From NCBI GenBank assembly GCA_905331295.1, contig CAJNYD010000056.1, positions 1 to 64,000 on the forward strand: a stretch of DNA of 64,000 bases, in the 5' to 3' direction. The notes beneath the pieces are model-generated. The model was not told the DNA's origin. It was given only the letters and a program-made list of their open reading frames with translations, and did no database searches. Position 1 is the first letter of the stretch. Each line of letters opens with the position of its first letter. Below, one piece after another: positions 12,727-26,084 of the stretch. The translations under genes were made by a program, and so were the position numbers. This DNA comes from Rotaria socialis. Taxonomy: Eukaryota.

Positions 12727-13704
12727 TCAGTCTTTCAATTGTTTATAAACGCTTGCAGGAAGAACACTTAAATTGTCCAATTTATTCAAAATCCAATCGG
12801 TGATCCAAGCAGGCATCATAGAGACTGGGGAAAAGATGAAACTTGATTGCCAACCTGGTCGATAACGAATACTAGGTTTTGTATTGATAATAGCATGCTG
12901 AAGTGCTCGTACCACTTTCATTGGATTTTCAGCATATTTAATTAATAGACTGGTTGCTTTTTTGCTCAATTTTTCTTTAACAAAATCTTCACCCCATCTC
13001 ATTTGTACATCTTTTGATAGTGATGACCAGAGATCTTCAAATGAGATAGATGTTGATTCGAGGATTGGCGTACGCATAAATCCTGGTTCAATAATACTAA
13101 CACGTAAACCCCATGGAGCCATTTCTCGACGAAGACAATCCGAAAATGATTCTAAAGCATATTTTGACGCTGAATAAGCCGATAGACATGGTGGTGCTAA
13201 AAATCCAGCTACTGAACAAATATTAATAACGCGTGAATCACGTTTACTAATTAATAAAGGTAGGAGTTTTTTTGTCATTGCCACATGTCCAAAAAAGTTT
13301 ACATCCATTGTTTTACGTAAGAATTCTGATGTATTCCAATCAATATAACCGCTGATAGCGATCCCTGCATTATTAACAAGTGCATGTAGTGTATTTGTTT
13401 TCTTCTCGACCAATGCATAAACAGAATTAATATCTTCATCTTTTGTTATATCAAGACGAAAAACAGTAGCATTTGATGAAAGTTCATTTTTAAGTGAAAT
13501 TATATTATCATTAACATAAACACCAGCTAATACATTAAAACCTTGTTTATCAAGTTCAATAGCTAATGCATGACCAAATCCTGTATCGCAACCACTAATA
13601 AGAACATATTTATCCTTTGGATTAATATCTGGCGATGGAAAGAAATGTTTATATAAATAATAGGCCACATAAAGTAAAATCACTAAACTTAATGTGCAAC
13701 ACAT
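12727..13704 (-). CDS. SDR9C-type dehydrogenase, copy 2 (same protein as copy 1)
   Basis: Identical 325 aa translation from MCCTL; the longer 13836 start is not conserved in copy 1. Confidence 0.9.
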   Translation of the reverse strand: MCCTLSLVILLYVAYYLYKHFFPSPDINPKDKYVLISGCDTGFGHALAIELDKQGFNVLAGVYVNDNIISLKNELSSNATVFRLDITKDEDINSVYALVEKKTNTLHALVNNAGIAISGYIDWNTSEFLRKTMDVNFFGHVAMTKKLLPLLISKRDSRVINICSVAGFLAPPCLSAYSASKYALESFSDCLRREMAPWGLRVSIIEPGFMRTPILESTSISFEDLWSSLSKDVQMRWGEDFVKEKLSKKATSLLIKYAENPMKVVRALQHAIINTKPSIRYRPGWQSSFIFSPVSMMPAWITDWILNKLDNLSVLPASVYKQLKD

Positions 13705-13843
13705 CGTCCGTCTTATGCCACTACTATCACGATGACTACTTTTTTTTTCTTCTTCTTCTGCTATCAATTGGTAGTTTGATCGAACGAATGAGAATAACAG
13801 AATAAAAAAGATAAAAATTATAGAACGAAAAAACATGTTTTAA

Positions 13844-14865
13844 CCCTTTCCAGTCGTCTCTCAAAAGCGACATAGTTAAAACGCTTTTTATGCCTGTATT
13901 TTCTTATCCTGGCATAGAGATAGCAAAAAGCTAATTCTTAAAATTGAACGGTGCTTCTATGTAGAATGGCTGCTTGTTGCGATTTGGCAACAGCCGGCCG
14001 TAAAGGGTCAAAACTTTGAAAAATTCATTTGTCGTTTTCGATCATCGAAATTCACTATTTTGCGTTCCTTTCATTTAATTATTCAAGAAAAAAGTGTAAA
14101 AAATATATACGATACGCCTGCACAGTTTCACCGCGATTAAAATCGACTTCTGTACGAAACATTTGACATACGTTGAACTTAAGGAGAGAGTAGATGTACG
14201 AGTTTTTGTGTTAGTTGGCATCAAGATAGGTATTCTTGTAGATCTTTTATTTCTCTACATCCGTACCGATATGTAAATTAAATATCCATTTCCATTCCAG
14301 TTATTGAGATCTAGAATACTATCATGCTGGCTTTTTTTCCATAGAAAATTCCATTTAAAGCTAAGGAAAAGCTATGTAAATGCATTAGATATGTTTTGTA
14401 TGCTTTGTTCTTGTATGAATAAATGAAAAAACACAAGATAGCAAATAACGATGGTCGAAAACGAAAAATGATTTTTCAAAACTTTTGAGCCCTCACGACC
14501 GGTGTTGTCATTTGGCAACATCCATACCTCTTATTGTCAGTACTCATTGAATCATCTCTTTGAGTGATGCAATATACAATAGGCCAAGGAGGGGAAATTT
14601 ACCAATAGTGACCTGTGGGATTGAATGATTGAGGGTACCATAAGAAAATCTATTATGATTCAGCTGTTCTTTAGGAGTATTCAGGAGGACTCCGATAATT
14701 TTCTCAGCTGAACGTTTTTGTTTTGTTTCATGGGCTATGAGTGTGTTCTAAAATATCTTGTAATAATCATTGAACTATTGATTCACTATCTGTCCACAGT
14801 ATAGCTAGACCTTTCTTAAGATATCGGCACAATGTTGCCAAATGACAACATCCGGCCGTAAAGGG
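13844..14865. mobile_element. Non-autonomous piggyBac-like element (TTAA target duplication)
   Basis: TTAA at 13840-13843 and 14866-14869; termini CCCTTTCCAGTCG / CGGCCGTAAAGGG; absent at the paralogous site in copy 1 (CATGTTAATT, ~4938-4947). Confidence 0.9.
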
Positions 14866-17800
14866 TTAACTGAAAAAAATCGATCGGGCGTGTTTTTGTT
14901 ATTGTTCTTTATTTTTATCGGTGATAAGAATATACTTCATAATCAAGCGAAAATATCGTCTGCCACTAGGTCCTATGTTATATCGTATGATTTATTGTGT
15001 TTATTCATCCTAATTACTAAAAGAAATGTTAAATATAATATAGATTTATCGTAGACTTCGCAATTTACTGTAAGCCTTTGTTAATCAAAAAATGAGAACA
15101 TAGAAAGATGTTAAGAATAGTGCTCATATAAACTTGTAAATTTGTTTAGAGATTTTATTTTTCAATGCTTTCAACATAACTTTTCATTAAATATTTGAAT
15201 TCGATGAATCGGTGATGAAATCCAAATGTTTCAACAATAATGATTTCTGCTAATCTGTTTCAAGGAATAGTTGATGACGAGTTGATAGTGTTTTATACTA
15301 TCACGTAGCTTAGAATTTAAATTATATGTATCATGTTACTCCGAATTTGGTGTACCGAATATTATATTTCTCTCTATTCATTATTTTACTGGATAAAAGA
15401 GAAAAATAGTTCTGAAATAAACTTGAAACAGCGTGATAGCAGTTTTTTTAATTATATCAAAAGTGATGTTAAAATTCATGAAAAAAGAATCTATCATCGA
15501 ATTACATACGTTTACTCATAGATTTCTTTCTGTTTCCTTCAAAACAAAAGATTGATAAAATAAATCGTATGCAGCGATGTACTGTGTTTCATTTCCAACA
15601 TTTATTGGCACAGACGCAGAACTACTGAAAATGAATTCAAACTTATCATTACTTTAGCACTTCTATTAGGTTCGTATTCTGTGTTAAAATTTGTATTCTA
15701 AATAGGATTTAAGATTTTTGTCTTATTATCAGGCATATATTTATAAAGCCAAAATTTATTTGCTATAGAATTCTCTACTGAATTAGCGCAAGATAATTTT
15801 CGATTTCTATTGTTTTAATTAATGTTTTTTACGTTTTATTGTGTGAATCAAAATATTTTTTCTTGTCATAATTGATTCATAAAATATAAATCAACCAACT
15901 AAAATCTCTTTCATTGATGTGAATCGGCACTAGCAAGATCAAATAGAGACTAACATTCGCAGAGCTGCCAATTATTCTGTCGACAAGAGTAGTACAGAGA
16001 TATCTCCATGATATCATCACAGAAATATAATAGTAATGATGCGTTTGTCTAGGATATGGAAACATTTGTAGATATCTGCTCTGTTTTTTTTTATACCGAA
16101 TTGATTCAGTTTTTAATCAAAATGAATGTTAATTCATGACTTTTAATCAGTTCTATTGAAATTTACAAAGTAAAATGTAACACTGATGTCTAGCAATCAT
16201 GTTTTACTTTCATTGCGATGGATTCTCACTAATAACTAGACATATCGATTTAGAATACGACGGTTCATGTTAGTGAAGCCCTGGTGATGTCTATGTAATT
16301 TCCATGTCACATAAATTGACCCTTCATGTCTCTGAACATTGCATAAAAAAGAAAGGCAAGAGCGGTACTGTTCCATCAGAATGTGGACTTCGCTGCGCTT
16401 ATTGAAATGCATCATCAAAAACAAGAGTTCATTAAACTAAGATTTAACATATAAAATTCTCCAGTCGATTTTATTTCCTGTGTTATTCATCGGGCGTCGA
16501 CATCCTAAGAGTCACTGTTATTTGTTAAGTCTGAGCAACATTAATTAAGAATGTATTCAAAATCGAGTTAATTTTAGCAATGATTATAACTTTCATTACA
16601 CTCTAATCCATCAAAATTGTGTGACATAAAGGCTTTTATGCTACTAATGTACTCTTAGGATAACAAGAAAAAGAAATCGAAACAATATGGCTAATAATAG
16701 CATCGCTCAAACATAATATTAACCGTCGAATAATTTTAGACTTAATATGATATTATTCAAAATATTTCTTTTTAATATTTTATTTTCAAGATATTTTGTA
16801 TTTCCGTTGATCATCGTTTGTATTGTTAAATTGAGCAACAAAATACAATATACCAGCACATGGTTGATCTTTTGTTAATTATATTGGAAACCGATGTTGA
16901 GATTTTAGGATTATCTATGAGCTATTAAAAATCAATTGGAAATGAATTCGGATGTCTCAAAATTTAGCAATTAAAATTTTCGATAGATTCAATGAAAAAC
17001 AACACAGAACGTGTCTTGAGTGTCATGTGAAATCGGCGAATTGATGTTGAGAATTTGTTTTTCAGACTATTCTTGAAGTTCTCTTTATGAAAATTAACCG
17101 AAAGATTTCTACAGGCCGAAATTTGGCATTTTCGATAGATATTTCGCCGGTGATTTTTTTTCAGAGCGACACTTCACATGAACACTTATCTATAATCTTC
17201 CCACACAAGAAATTAATCAATAATGCGTACAATCCGAAGAAAAGTTGTTTAAAACAAGAAAACTCAATTCGGCACAAACTTATTTTACACATGAATGGTT
17301 TAGCTTATTTACAGATCTCATCATGTGACGGATATTTTATCATTCGAATAATCAATGCAATAAGGTTAATATTTCTAAAGTTCAAGTTTGTAGTGTAATC
17401 AATATTATTTCATAAACTCTACATGACACTTCAAATGAAAATCCAGACTATTGTTGTTTTATTTTGCTCATTCAGCAATTGTGATTGTTTTGTGCGAACA
17501 TTTATATGTCCCTTTGCATATCATACAACTTACTGTAAAAGATTACTGACACGACGAAATTTCACTAGCAAAAAACTGAAGTACTTTCATCGAGTCATCA
17601 ATTGTACCAATAAGATGAAATGAAACTCTGAATAAGTCATTCCAGTATACGCTCTTCAATACATTATATGTGTGTTAACAATACTGATCAATCTCAGCTA
17701 AGCTTGTGAGCAGCATTAGCTCATACGTAGTTTGCTGCGTATCGAAGTGTATTTAATTTTAAAAAAAGCAATGATTTCTTTGCTTTCTCATACGCTGTGA

Positions 17801-18616
17801 GAGCTATTTTGATATATGTCTGTTCTGATTCTCTCTTATCCAATGATCTATTTGTAGAGAACATTGACTTTCTTTCTAACACCATATTATTAGATTTTAC
17901 ATTTGATTCTTGAATTTGCGACATTGGAAAGCGTCTCTCTTAAAAAAATGAATAATTTCTTTCAAGATGCAACAAGCACATTGTTTCCCCGAAGATAACT
18001 TAAAACTCTGACGACAAAGATTATTGTACGATTACAAGTAAGAAATGAAGAAAACTTCACAATAAGTAATTAAGTTATTCCGATTGATTATTTTTCTAAC
18101 TACAATTTTGGCTTAATAAGTTTTTAGTTCTCTTTAGAATTTGCTGGGCAACATTTTTCGAAACTATTGAATATGAAAAAAGTGAGCTTTAATCATGCTT
18201 ATTCAGTCTCGAATAGGATGTTAAGGAGGAAAATTGTGCTGGGTCAGTAAAAGAAAGTAGGACATACTCGAGAAATTTCTTATTAGTACATTCAAAGGTT
18301 TACATACATTATATGAAACCTCGTTACTTTCTAGTTGATCGATTAAAATCTTGACAAGCAATAATCTTCGTCAATGATAATACTTTGAATTCAAATTTTA
18401 AACTAAAAACTATATCATGTTGTGACTAGACCATATCATTCTACTTAATTTATATTGTGTTGAAAGGACGAGAAAAAATTGAGAATAAACACACTATGAG
18501 GTGAATCGGGCGACAACCGGAAACAGACATAGCTATTTTATGCCGGTTTGATTATCATTATATATTTTCACAAGTTTTGATCTATTTAGTTAACTTTAGT
18601 TTTCGCAATTACAGCT

Positions 18617-19654
18617 ATGTATTCAAGCAAAGACACTGAAAATCAATCATTAGCAGAGCAAGAAAGCAACAATTTCAACATGGCAATTCCATTTCCTGTT
18701 CGATTTTGGATTTTTCTCATATCTCTTATACCATCATTTGTTTGTTACGTTTTTGTTCTTTGGCATCTGCTGTGTGATCGAGTCCTACGAGGTACTCTCA
18801 GTAATCATACGATTATTTTACTCTTGATTATCAATCTAATCTATGAATTAATCAATATTCCATTATATCTTAGCTATTTTTATCATTCCGGTAATATCTT
18901 TCCAAGTACACCAAATATATGTCTCTTATGGATATTTATTGATGAAGGTCTGTTCTCTATTTCATTGCTTATCACTGCTTGGGCTTCAGTTGAACGATAT
19001 ATTATTATCTTTCATAAAAAATTGATCTCTACTTGGAAAGGGCGTGCTCTTTTTCACTATGGCCCATTAATCATTCTTGTTGTTTATTTATTCTTGTTCT
19101 TTTCTTTTGCTGTTGTATTTCCACCGTGCAAAAACGCATTTGAGTATGATGCTCCTGTTTGTGGTTCTCCTTTATGTTATTACGATGTAAAGTTAGTTGG
19201 TATATGGGATGTTCTGTTTCACGATATTTCACCTATAGTTGTGATGGCTGTCTTTAATGTAACTTTATTTTTTCGTGTGATTTTGTGAAAACGTCGATGG
19301 GCTCAACTGATCGAATGGGGAAAATATCGAAAAATGGCGATTCAGCTATTAAGTATATCAGCTCTTTACTTTTTTCTTCATATTCCAGACATGATCTTAA
19401 CTTTAGCTACACTTAGTGGTGCACACATAAGTTTCAGTGATGTATTTGAAACTTATACCAAGTTTTTTTCTACTTACACCACCTTTTTGTTACCGTTTAC
19501 AAGTGCAGTTTCCCTACCAAATCTAAAAACTAAGCTGAAGAACTTATATCCTTATCGATTTCAACCGAAAAGACCACGCAATACGAACATAGAGTTGAAT
19601 AGAGGGAATGATGCTCGACAAACCAATGCAGTATTACCTATGGTGAAAGAATGA
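18617..19654 (+). pseudogene. Rhodopsin-like (class A) GPCR, intronless, interrupted by one in-frame TGA
   Basis: Seven hydrophobic segments across two in-frame ORFs with SVERY (DRY-like). TGA at 19286-19288 is followed in frame by KRRWAQLIEWGKYRKMAIQLL. Confidence 0.8.
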
Positions 19655-21190
19655 TTATTACATTTATTTTATGATTACGCAGAACAATCATTCATTCGCT
19701 ATTTTTGTTGTCTTTTTCTGTTATATTAAAAAACAATAAATTATTAAATATAAAAATATAAGGCATCGTATTATTCTGTATATACACCAGCGCTACGACT
19801 AATCACTGCAAATTATTTGAAGTATATCGATACTATGAGAATGCAGAGTGCAAATAAGGTACGACGTATGTTTTTAATCACAGTGAATATTCAGGCTGAA
19901 ACCCACTGAATTAATAAGATTTTCATACTGAACATGACTTACAGAATGGTTGTCACGCCTGAGTATAGTAGTTGATAATTTTTCGAATTACAAAACGTAT
20001 TTTGATATTTTTAATGAAGTTTTATAATTGCAGTAGGATAATCATTCTGAATGTACAAAATAATTTATTTGGATTTTTTCTGTATTGTACGACAAATGAA
20101 GAGAGTACATATTTCTGAGACAATTTAAATAAGAATAGGCCTGATAGATACGAGCCTGAAATCAAGACAAATAACTCTAATCTATATTCATACCTTACAA
20201 ATGAAAAGCCTGATAGAATAACATTGGCATATTGTCTACTACGAAAATTTATTCAGTAACCAAATGTCGAATCAGATAAATTAGTTAAACATGTAATTTT
20301 TCATGATTGCTAGTAATGAGTCGAAGTTTATTTTGATAATTTAATTTTAAAAAAATGGAAGTGATTGTTGAAGTGAGGGTTGAGTAAAGGAAGAGAAGTG
20401 TGATGAAATTCAACTTATTTCAGAGAAAAATAGTTTGCGCGTGTTTACTAATCTTCCATATAGGCGTTGTGGCGTAATGGCGTAAATTACCACAAGCGAC
20501 GAGCGTAGCATGATATAGTTAATGCGCCCTTTCAGACATGTCTACTAAAGCAAACATGGAAAGATGTTAATTCGAATTCAAATTATTAATTTACAACTAG
20601 GAAAACGTTTCCTTCTTTACCCAAATTTGTTGTGAATGCCTCGTTTTTTTAATTTTCAAACTCGAACTAGACACCGAATCCTTTCTTTGAGAATTTAGGA
20701 AAGCCGAGGATAATGTATGATAATATACGAATCTAGGTATATTTTTGTTTTCTTTCGATAGGAAAGCGGTATAAAAACTTTATGCTTAAATAGGTAAAAA
20801 ATATTCTTCTTAAGACTTTGTGCGAATCTAAATAATTTTTTTTCAGGTTACGCAGGTTTTCACAGAAACCTCTAAAAAAGGTTTCAAATACGTGGCAATT
20901 TTCAAAACTGTTGTATAATTCAGTTGTGTGTAGAAATATCTTTTTTGAACTTTCTTGGTATACATAAAAATATCCTGTGGTGTCTATGTATCGATACTCA
21001 TTATTCAGTTGGATACGGTTTGCCAAGTTTAAATCTATAAAATATGAAAATGTTCAGAAAACTCTTTTTTTATTTATAAATGACGAAAAAATACTCGAAT
21101 TAATGTTGAACGTGATTGGTTAATCAAGGTTAGTTCTAAAAAACTAAAGATAATATTCATTGTCCAATGATTGATGATCCTATGGGCTTA

Positions 21191-24100
21191 TCAAGGGCGC
21201 GTTAGAGAGCTTATAGCATTTCTTGGAATCTTGGTTACAGTTATGCTGTGCCTGTTATGTGCTTGAATATTTGAGATCAACAAATTAGTTTTTGAATAAG
21301 TACTTATTGGTTGTACTTTGATAATATTTTTGCTCAAATCAATAGTGCTGATATTGTCAACGCTTTTTGCTCGAATTTGTCGACCTATAACTGATTTATC
21401 ACGTAGTATTTTCGTGACTTTCACAGGATCTGATTTTGACCGATTGGTTGATGATACACTTAAAGGTTCTTCTGGTTGATATGTGATTGACTTGCGCAAG
21501 CTAGCTTCGTTAGCTTTTGATATTCGCACAACTGAGACTGTTGAACGCCGAAGTCTTCCATTATTTGTATTGTTGCCAGCATCAGTTACTGATGCATTAT
21601 TTACATTTTCTGTTTCATTCAACTTTTCCTTATTATCAAGTTGATTAATATCAGCGCGCTTAACTCTTTTGATAGAAACTGTTGATGAAGCTCTATGTCT
21701 TGCTGTTTCAGTCATAGTGGTGTGCGATTCTGAATAATATGAATCCGACACATTCACGCGTAGGCCTGATGGATATGCATTGCTCAGATTTTTGTGCGGA
21801 TACATGGCATTATAGACAGGATAATCTTTGGCTAACAACGTTGATTTGAATGATTTGCGAGGAACTAGTTTTCTTTCTAAAATATCAGCTGTGAATATTG
21901 ATGTAGAAGGTTGTTCATCGGGATCTTCTCTATTTCTTTTCTTTCGACGACGTCGAGCACCAGGTATCCTATTAGCAAAAACAAATTTGAATGCATTTTA
22001 TTTCGAATAAATTTTTCGATTGTTGTTTCTATCATCTGATTGAATTTAGACCGGAAAAAACGACAGTCAATCTTCAAATCACTATTATATACCGACAGGC
22101 AATATTACATAATGCACCGTTACAATAATATGCATTTTTCAGACGAGCACTAGGAGCTTTCATTAATATTTTTTCTCAATGGTAGACAATAAACAATTTA
22201 AGCTGTATAATGAAAAGACTAAAATGAAATTGTTTACCATAAAAGTCTACACAAACAACAAGCACAACATGCTATTAACAATAAAGCCAATAATGATAAT
22301 CCCAGAATAAGCAACCAATTTATTGGTGATCCTATTAAAATGTGAACAATAATATAATTGTGAAAGTAATTAGTTGAGCGATAATAAACAATTTAATAAT
22401 AGCTTGGAAAATTTCAGTAAATTTTACCTGGGGAGTTTGTTGTTGTTGTTATTGTTGTTGTCGTTGTCGTGGTACTACAAAGATCAAATCATCAGAAACT
22501 TAGTTTAACTAGTATAGTTTTATTCTAGTAAACTCCCTTAGTTTTTGGCCATAGTAAAATAATATGGTGATATGAGTCATTTAACTCTATATTTTTGGAT
22601 ACTACCCATGTAATAAAAACCGCATGAAAATCGGCGGTTAACCGCGGTTTTACCGGTCCGGTTACCGACTCCCATTACCGCAGAACGGATAAATACCGCG
22701 GTTTACCGCAAAAAATGATCCGGTATTCGTAACATGGGTATATAAGCAAATACAGTTAACATCGAATTTTACTCGCTGAAATTTTTCATTAGGAATATTT
22801 TGGCTGCATAAAACTTCTTAACGAACAACTATGATAGAGAAACTCGACTAGGAATCAACAACTCCTTTATAATTAAAATTAACTCTGTTTTTATTACTTA
22901 CGTGGTAGTAGCAGTCGACGTGGTCGACGTTGTGGTTGTCGTAGTCGTTGTTGTAGTTGTTGTTGTACTTGTTGTTGTACTCGTTGTTGTAGTCGATGTT
23001 GTGGTGGATGATGTGGACGTTGACGAAGTTGTTGTTGTCGACGTTGTTTCTGTCGTTGTTGTTGTTTCCGTTGTGGTGGTTGTTGTAGTGGTTGTTGTAG
23101 TAGTTGTTGTCGATGTAGAAGATGTCGATGAAGTTGATGTTGAAGAAGTCGTTGTGGTTGTGGTTGTGACAGATGTTGTAGTTGTGGTAACTGATGTTGT
23201 TGAGGTAGAAGTCGTCGTCGTTGTGACGCAGAGATCGGATGAATTTTTCACAGTAAATGTAACACAATATGGGTCCGATTGTAGATGTTCACTATAATGA
23301 ACAAAAAAAGAACAAGATATATTTTTATATTGAAAAAACAAATAAGGAAATTTTTACGTTGTCAATGCTAATACACATAGCTCCTCTGATCCGATTTGAT
23401 TCGTTTGCGGTGTCCACGCGTATTTGACATAATAAATTGATGAATTTGTCGACAAACTTGTGAGATTACCTTGAGTCATACCCGTGATTGCACTTGTAAC
23501 AATCATATCGGAAATGTTAGCTACAGTTGAATTGCATAAATTCATCACAGATATATTAAAGGTGATTGCGATGCCGACTTGTACTTCTAGACAACGATCG
23601 AGTGGGGAAATTATTGGTGCATTTGAACAAGCTGGCTGTGGTTCAACATAAATTAATATTTGAACTGGTACAGAACTCATTGGCGTATTACTTGTAGGAT
23701 CAATAAAGTCTTCAACCTACAGAAAAAAAGAAGTTATATTATTTGATGTTGCTATCTTTTTCATAATCACATTGCCATTTTTTTTCTTTCTGAATATCTA
23801 CACTTAATATGGAGTAGAGTATTATTCTTATGAAAAATAACTCGGCTATAGTATTATTAATGAGGATTATTCAATAGAATAGAAATTATGAAATGAATGT
23901 GACACAAGAAGGAATAATTTATCAGTAACAATCTGCTTACTTGTATAGCAACTGCATACCAAACGCCAGCTGTAGAACCTCTAAACGTAATACTGCAGTT
24001 AGACAGACTTGTTCCGTTGGGAACACTGCCTGGATAACAGATGCCACCACATTCGTTGATTGCCTGACGAATTGGAAACGATGAAGTAGATTTCAGTGTT

Positions 24101-25320
24101 CCTATTGTTTCAAGGGTTGTTGTTGTATCATTTGAGACAGCCGTAACAGTTGTTGCAACAGTAGTGACTGTCGCACCGGTTGTCGTAGCAACGGTAGTAG
24201 TTGTCGCAGCAGTCGTCGTAGTAACAGTAGTGACTGTCGCACCGGTAGTAGTTGTCGCAGCAGTCGTCGTAGTAACAGTAGTGACTGTCGCACCGGTAGT
24301 AGTTGTCGCAACAGTCGTCGTAGTAACAGTAGTGGTTGTCGCAACAGTCGTCGTAGTAACAGTAGTGACTGTCGCACCGGTTGTCGTAGCAACGGTAGTA
24401 GTTGTCGCAACAGTCGTCGCAGTAACAGTAGTGGTTGTCGCAGCGGTGGTAGTTGTAATTGGTGCCGCTACACAATTGTTAGATCCATCGCATATGCCAG
24501 ATATACCAGAGCATCTTGCGCCACTACAACCAGTGCAAGAGCATGAACAGGCGAAGGAACACGAACTACCACAGCCACCACCGCAACTACGTCTTTCTCT
24601 AATACGAATCCATGCTTGATCACTAGTTAACCCGTTGTAAAAATGAACACTAGAAGGGTGTATGATAGTGTCTTCTTTATCGGATCGTTTTCGTCGTCGA
24701 TATCCAGTTGTATATGATGACCATCGACAACGTACATCATCGCCAGCATTAACATCCGAAACAGGAATCTTAATTTGTATTGTTTTATTTACAAAAGCAT
24801 ACTGTGGAGAAATAAATTGCGCAACAGGTGGAGTATTTATGAAACCATCCGGTCTTATGCGAAGATCAATAAATGCTACAATAGACCACTCAAGACCACT
24901 CTTGGCAGGGCTATTCAATGGTAGCCAAGCACTTCCTCTATAAGCAATATAAAAATGTGCACCAGATGACAGTGTTTTTGTTTTCGTTGCTTCACTTCTC
25001 ATCATTTTCATCGACGAACTAGCTGATGTACAATTAGTGAGAATATTAACTGGTGCACTCGAATATCCACCATCAGTCGTACAGTCAACAACACAACTTA
25101 GATTAGTGTTTGCACCACTAAATGTTGTAGTTGAGATCGGCACATTAGTTCTACATTGTACATATGGATATGTCCACGAATAAGTCTGCGTAATAGTTAT
25201 ATCCACTGAACTACCATTATCATACGGATTAACGGGAGCCCATGTAATTGTTCCTCCATTGAAATGTTTTCCATTCGTAAAAATGAAAGAACATAACAAT
25301 ATGACAATAATTTTATACAT
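21191..25320 (-). CDS. Type I membrane, Thr-rich mucin-like protein with Sib/'integrin beta-like' type ectodomain (6 exons)
   Basis: Exons 25320-23941, 23716-23358, 23291-22902, 22474-22428, 22331-22238, 21968-21191 join in phase. Signal peptide, HFNGGTITW, VEDF...SSVPVQ, Thr tracts, TM WLLILGLSLLALLLIA + CCACCLC + RRRRKKR, long Ser/basic cytoplasmic tail. Confidence 0.82.
22605..22738. mobile_element. TA-flanked MITE (134 bp) in intron
   Basis: TA-CCCATGT...ACATGGG-TA termini; interior rich in ACCG/CGGT motifs. Confidence 0.65.
22902..23228 (-). repeat. Coding Thr/Ser low-complexity tract (ACN codons)
   Basis: Poly-Thr/Ser translation within exon 3 of the mucin-like gene. Confidence 0.9.
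24130..24458 (-). repeat. Coding minisatellite (ATTTT/VTTTT/GATVTT units)
   Basis: Repeated GTAGTGACTGTCGCACCGGT and GTCGTCGTAGTAACA blocks. Confidence 0.9.
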
Positions 25321-25966
25321 CGTTCCTGCAAACTTACATTAAAAAATAAAATCTGAAAATGAAAAATATCTCTAAGAATATCGTATGATGATAAAATCCC
25401 ACGTGTTTATTCTTTTAAGTATAGAATATGCATTTAAAAAGTATTTTATCTTAAGCACAACTATTTCCGAAAAACTAGATAATATGAAGCGTAAGTTGTA
25501 GGAGTGTTTCTTTTGTGACAATTCTTGGTCTTGTCTAGTCTTCAGCACAGAGAACTGGGCGTAAATATTATTTGATAGGCTACCATGGTAATGGGTAGGG
25601 AAGGGACGTTTTAGCAAAAAAATGCCGAGTACTGGACTATTAAATCCATCGCTCTATCACGCTAGAATGGTAGAAAAATCAACGACAGTAGAGTGAATTG
25701 ATTTAGAAAGTGGCTGGGTGCACTCAGATACACCTATCCATTTGACTATAGTACACTCAGCTCAGATAGGTATCTGAAATTAGTGATCATTGAATATTTG
25801 TTTATATCATTACTTTCAGATTTGCGTGTAGGTGTGGTGTAGTTTTAGACGATCCGGTTTCTGCACAATCGCACTTAAGAATCTATTACAAATCAAACTA
25901 TAACATAACTTAATATTTAACAATGAAATGAGTTTACCTAAGTATGACTGTGAGTTTATGAGGTGT

Positions 25967-26084
25967 GGTTTGGCTGTCGCCATGGATTTGGTTGTCGCCA
26001 TGGATTTGGTTGTGAGAGAACGATGGGCAGTCACAAGCAGTTCACGCTCACATCCACACCCACACACCCACACACCCACACACC
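25967..26084. repeat. Short tandem repeats (18-mer TTTGGTTGTCGCCATGGA; CACACACC units), probably part of a decayed element
   Basis: Directly visible tandem units. Confidence 0.6.

Larger units (their letters stand above)
11701..15047 (+). repeat. Segmental duplication copy 2 (with 1 kb insertion)
   Basis: Matches 2581-5123; offset 8897 across the apparently identical core. Confidence 0.93.

Noticed and set aside
13705..13836. 44-aa N-terminal extension of SDR copy 2
   Set aside because: Not open in the paralogous copy; low-complexity; likely 5' UTR.
6501..19288. Stop-codon reassignment explaining in-frame TAA/TGA
   Set aside because: Conserved genes here have no internal stops and end in TAA/TGA normally.
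20461..20530. tRNA or tRNA-derived SINE (TGGCGTAATGG A-box-like)
   Set aside because: No B-box/T-loop or cloverleaf can be built.
22848..24619. Poly-Val, Cys/Tyr/Asp and Leu/Arg ORFs overlapping the Thr repeats
   Set aside because: Alternative-frame and antisense shadows of ACN repeats.
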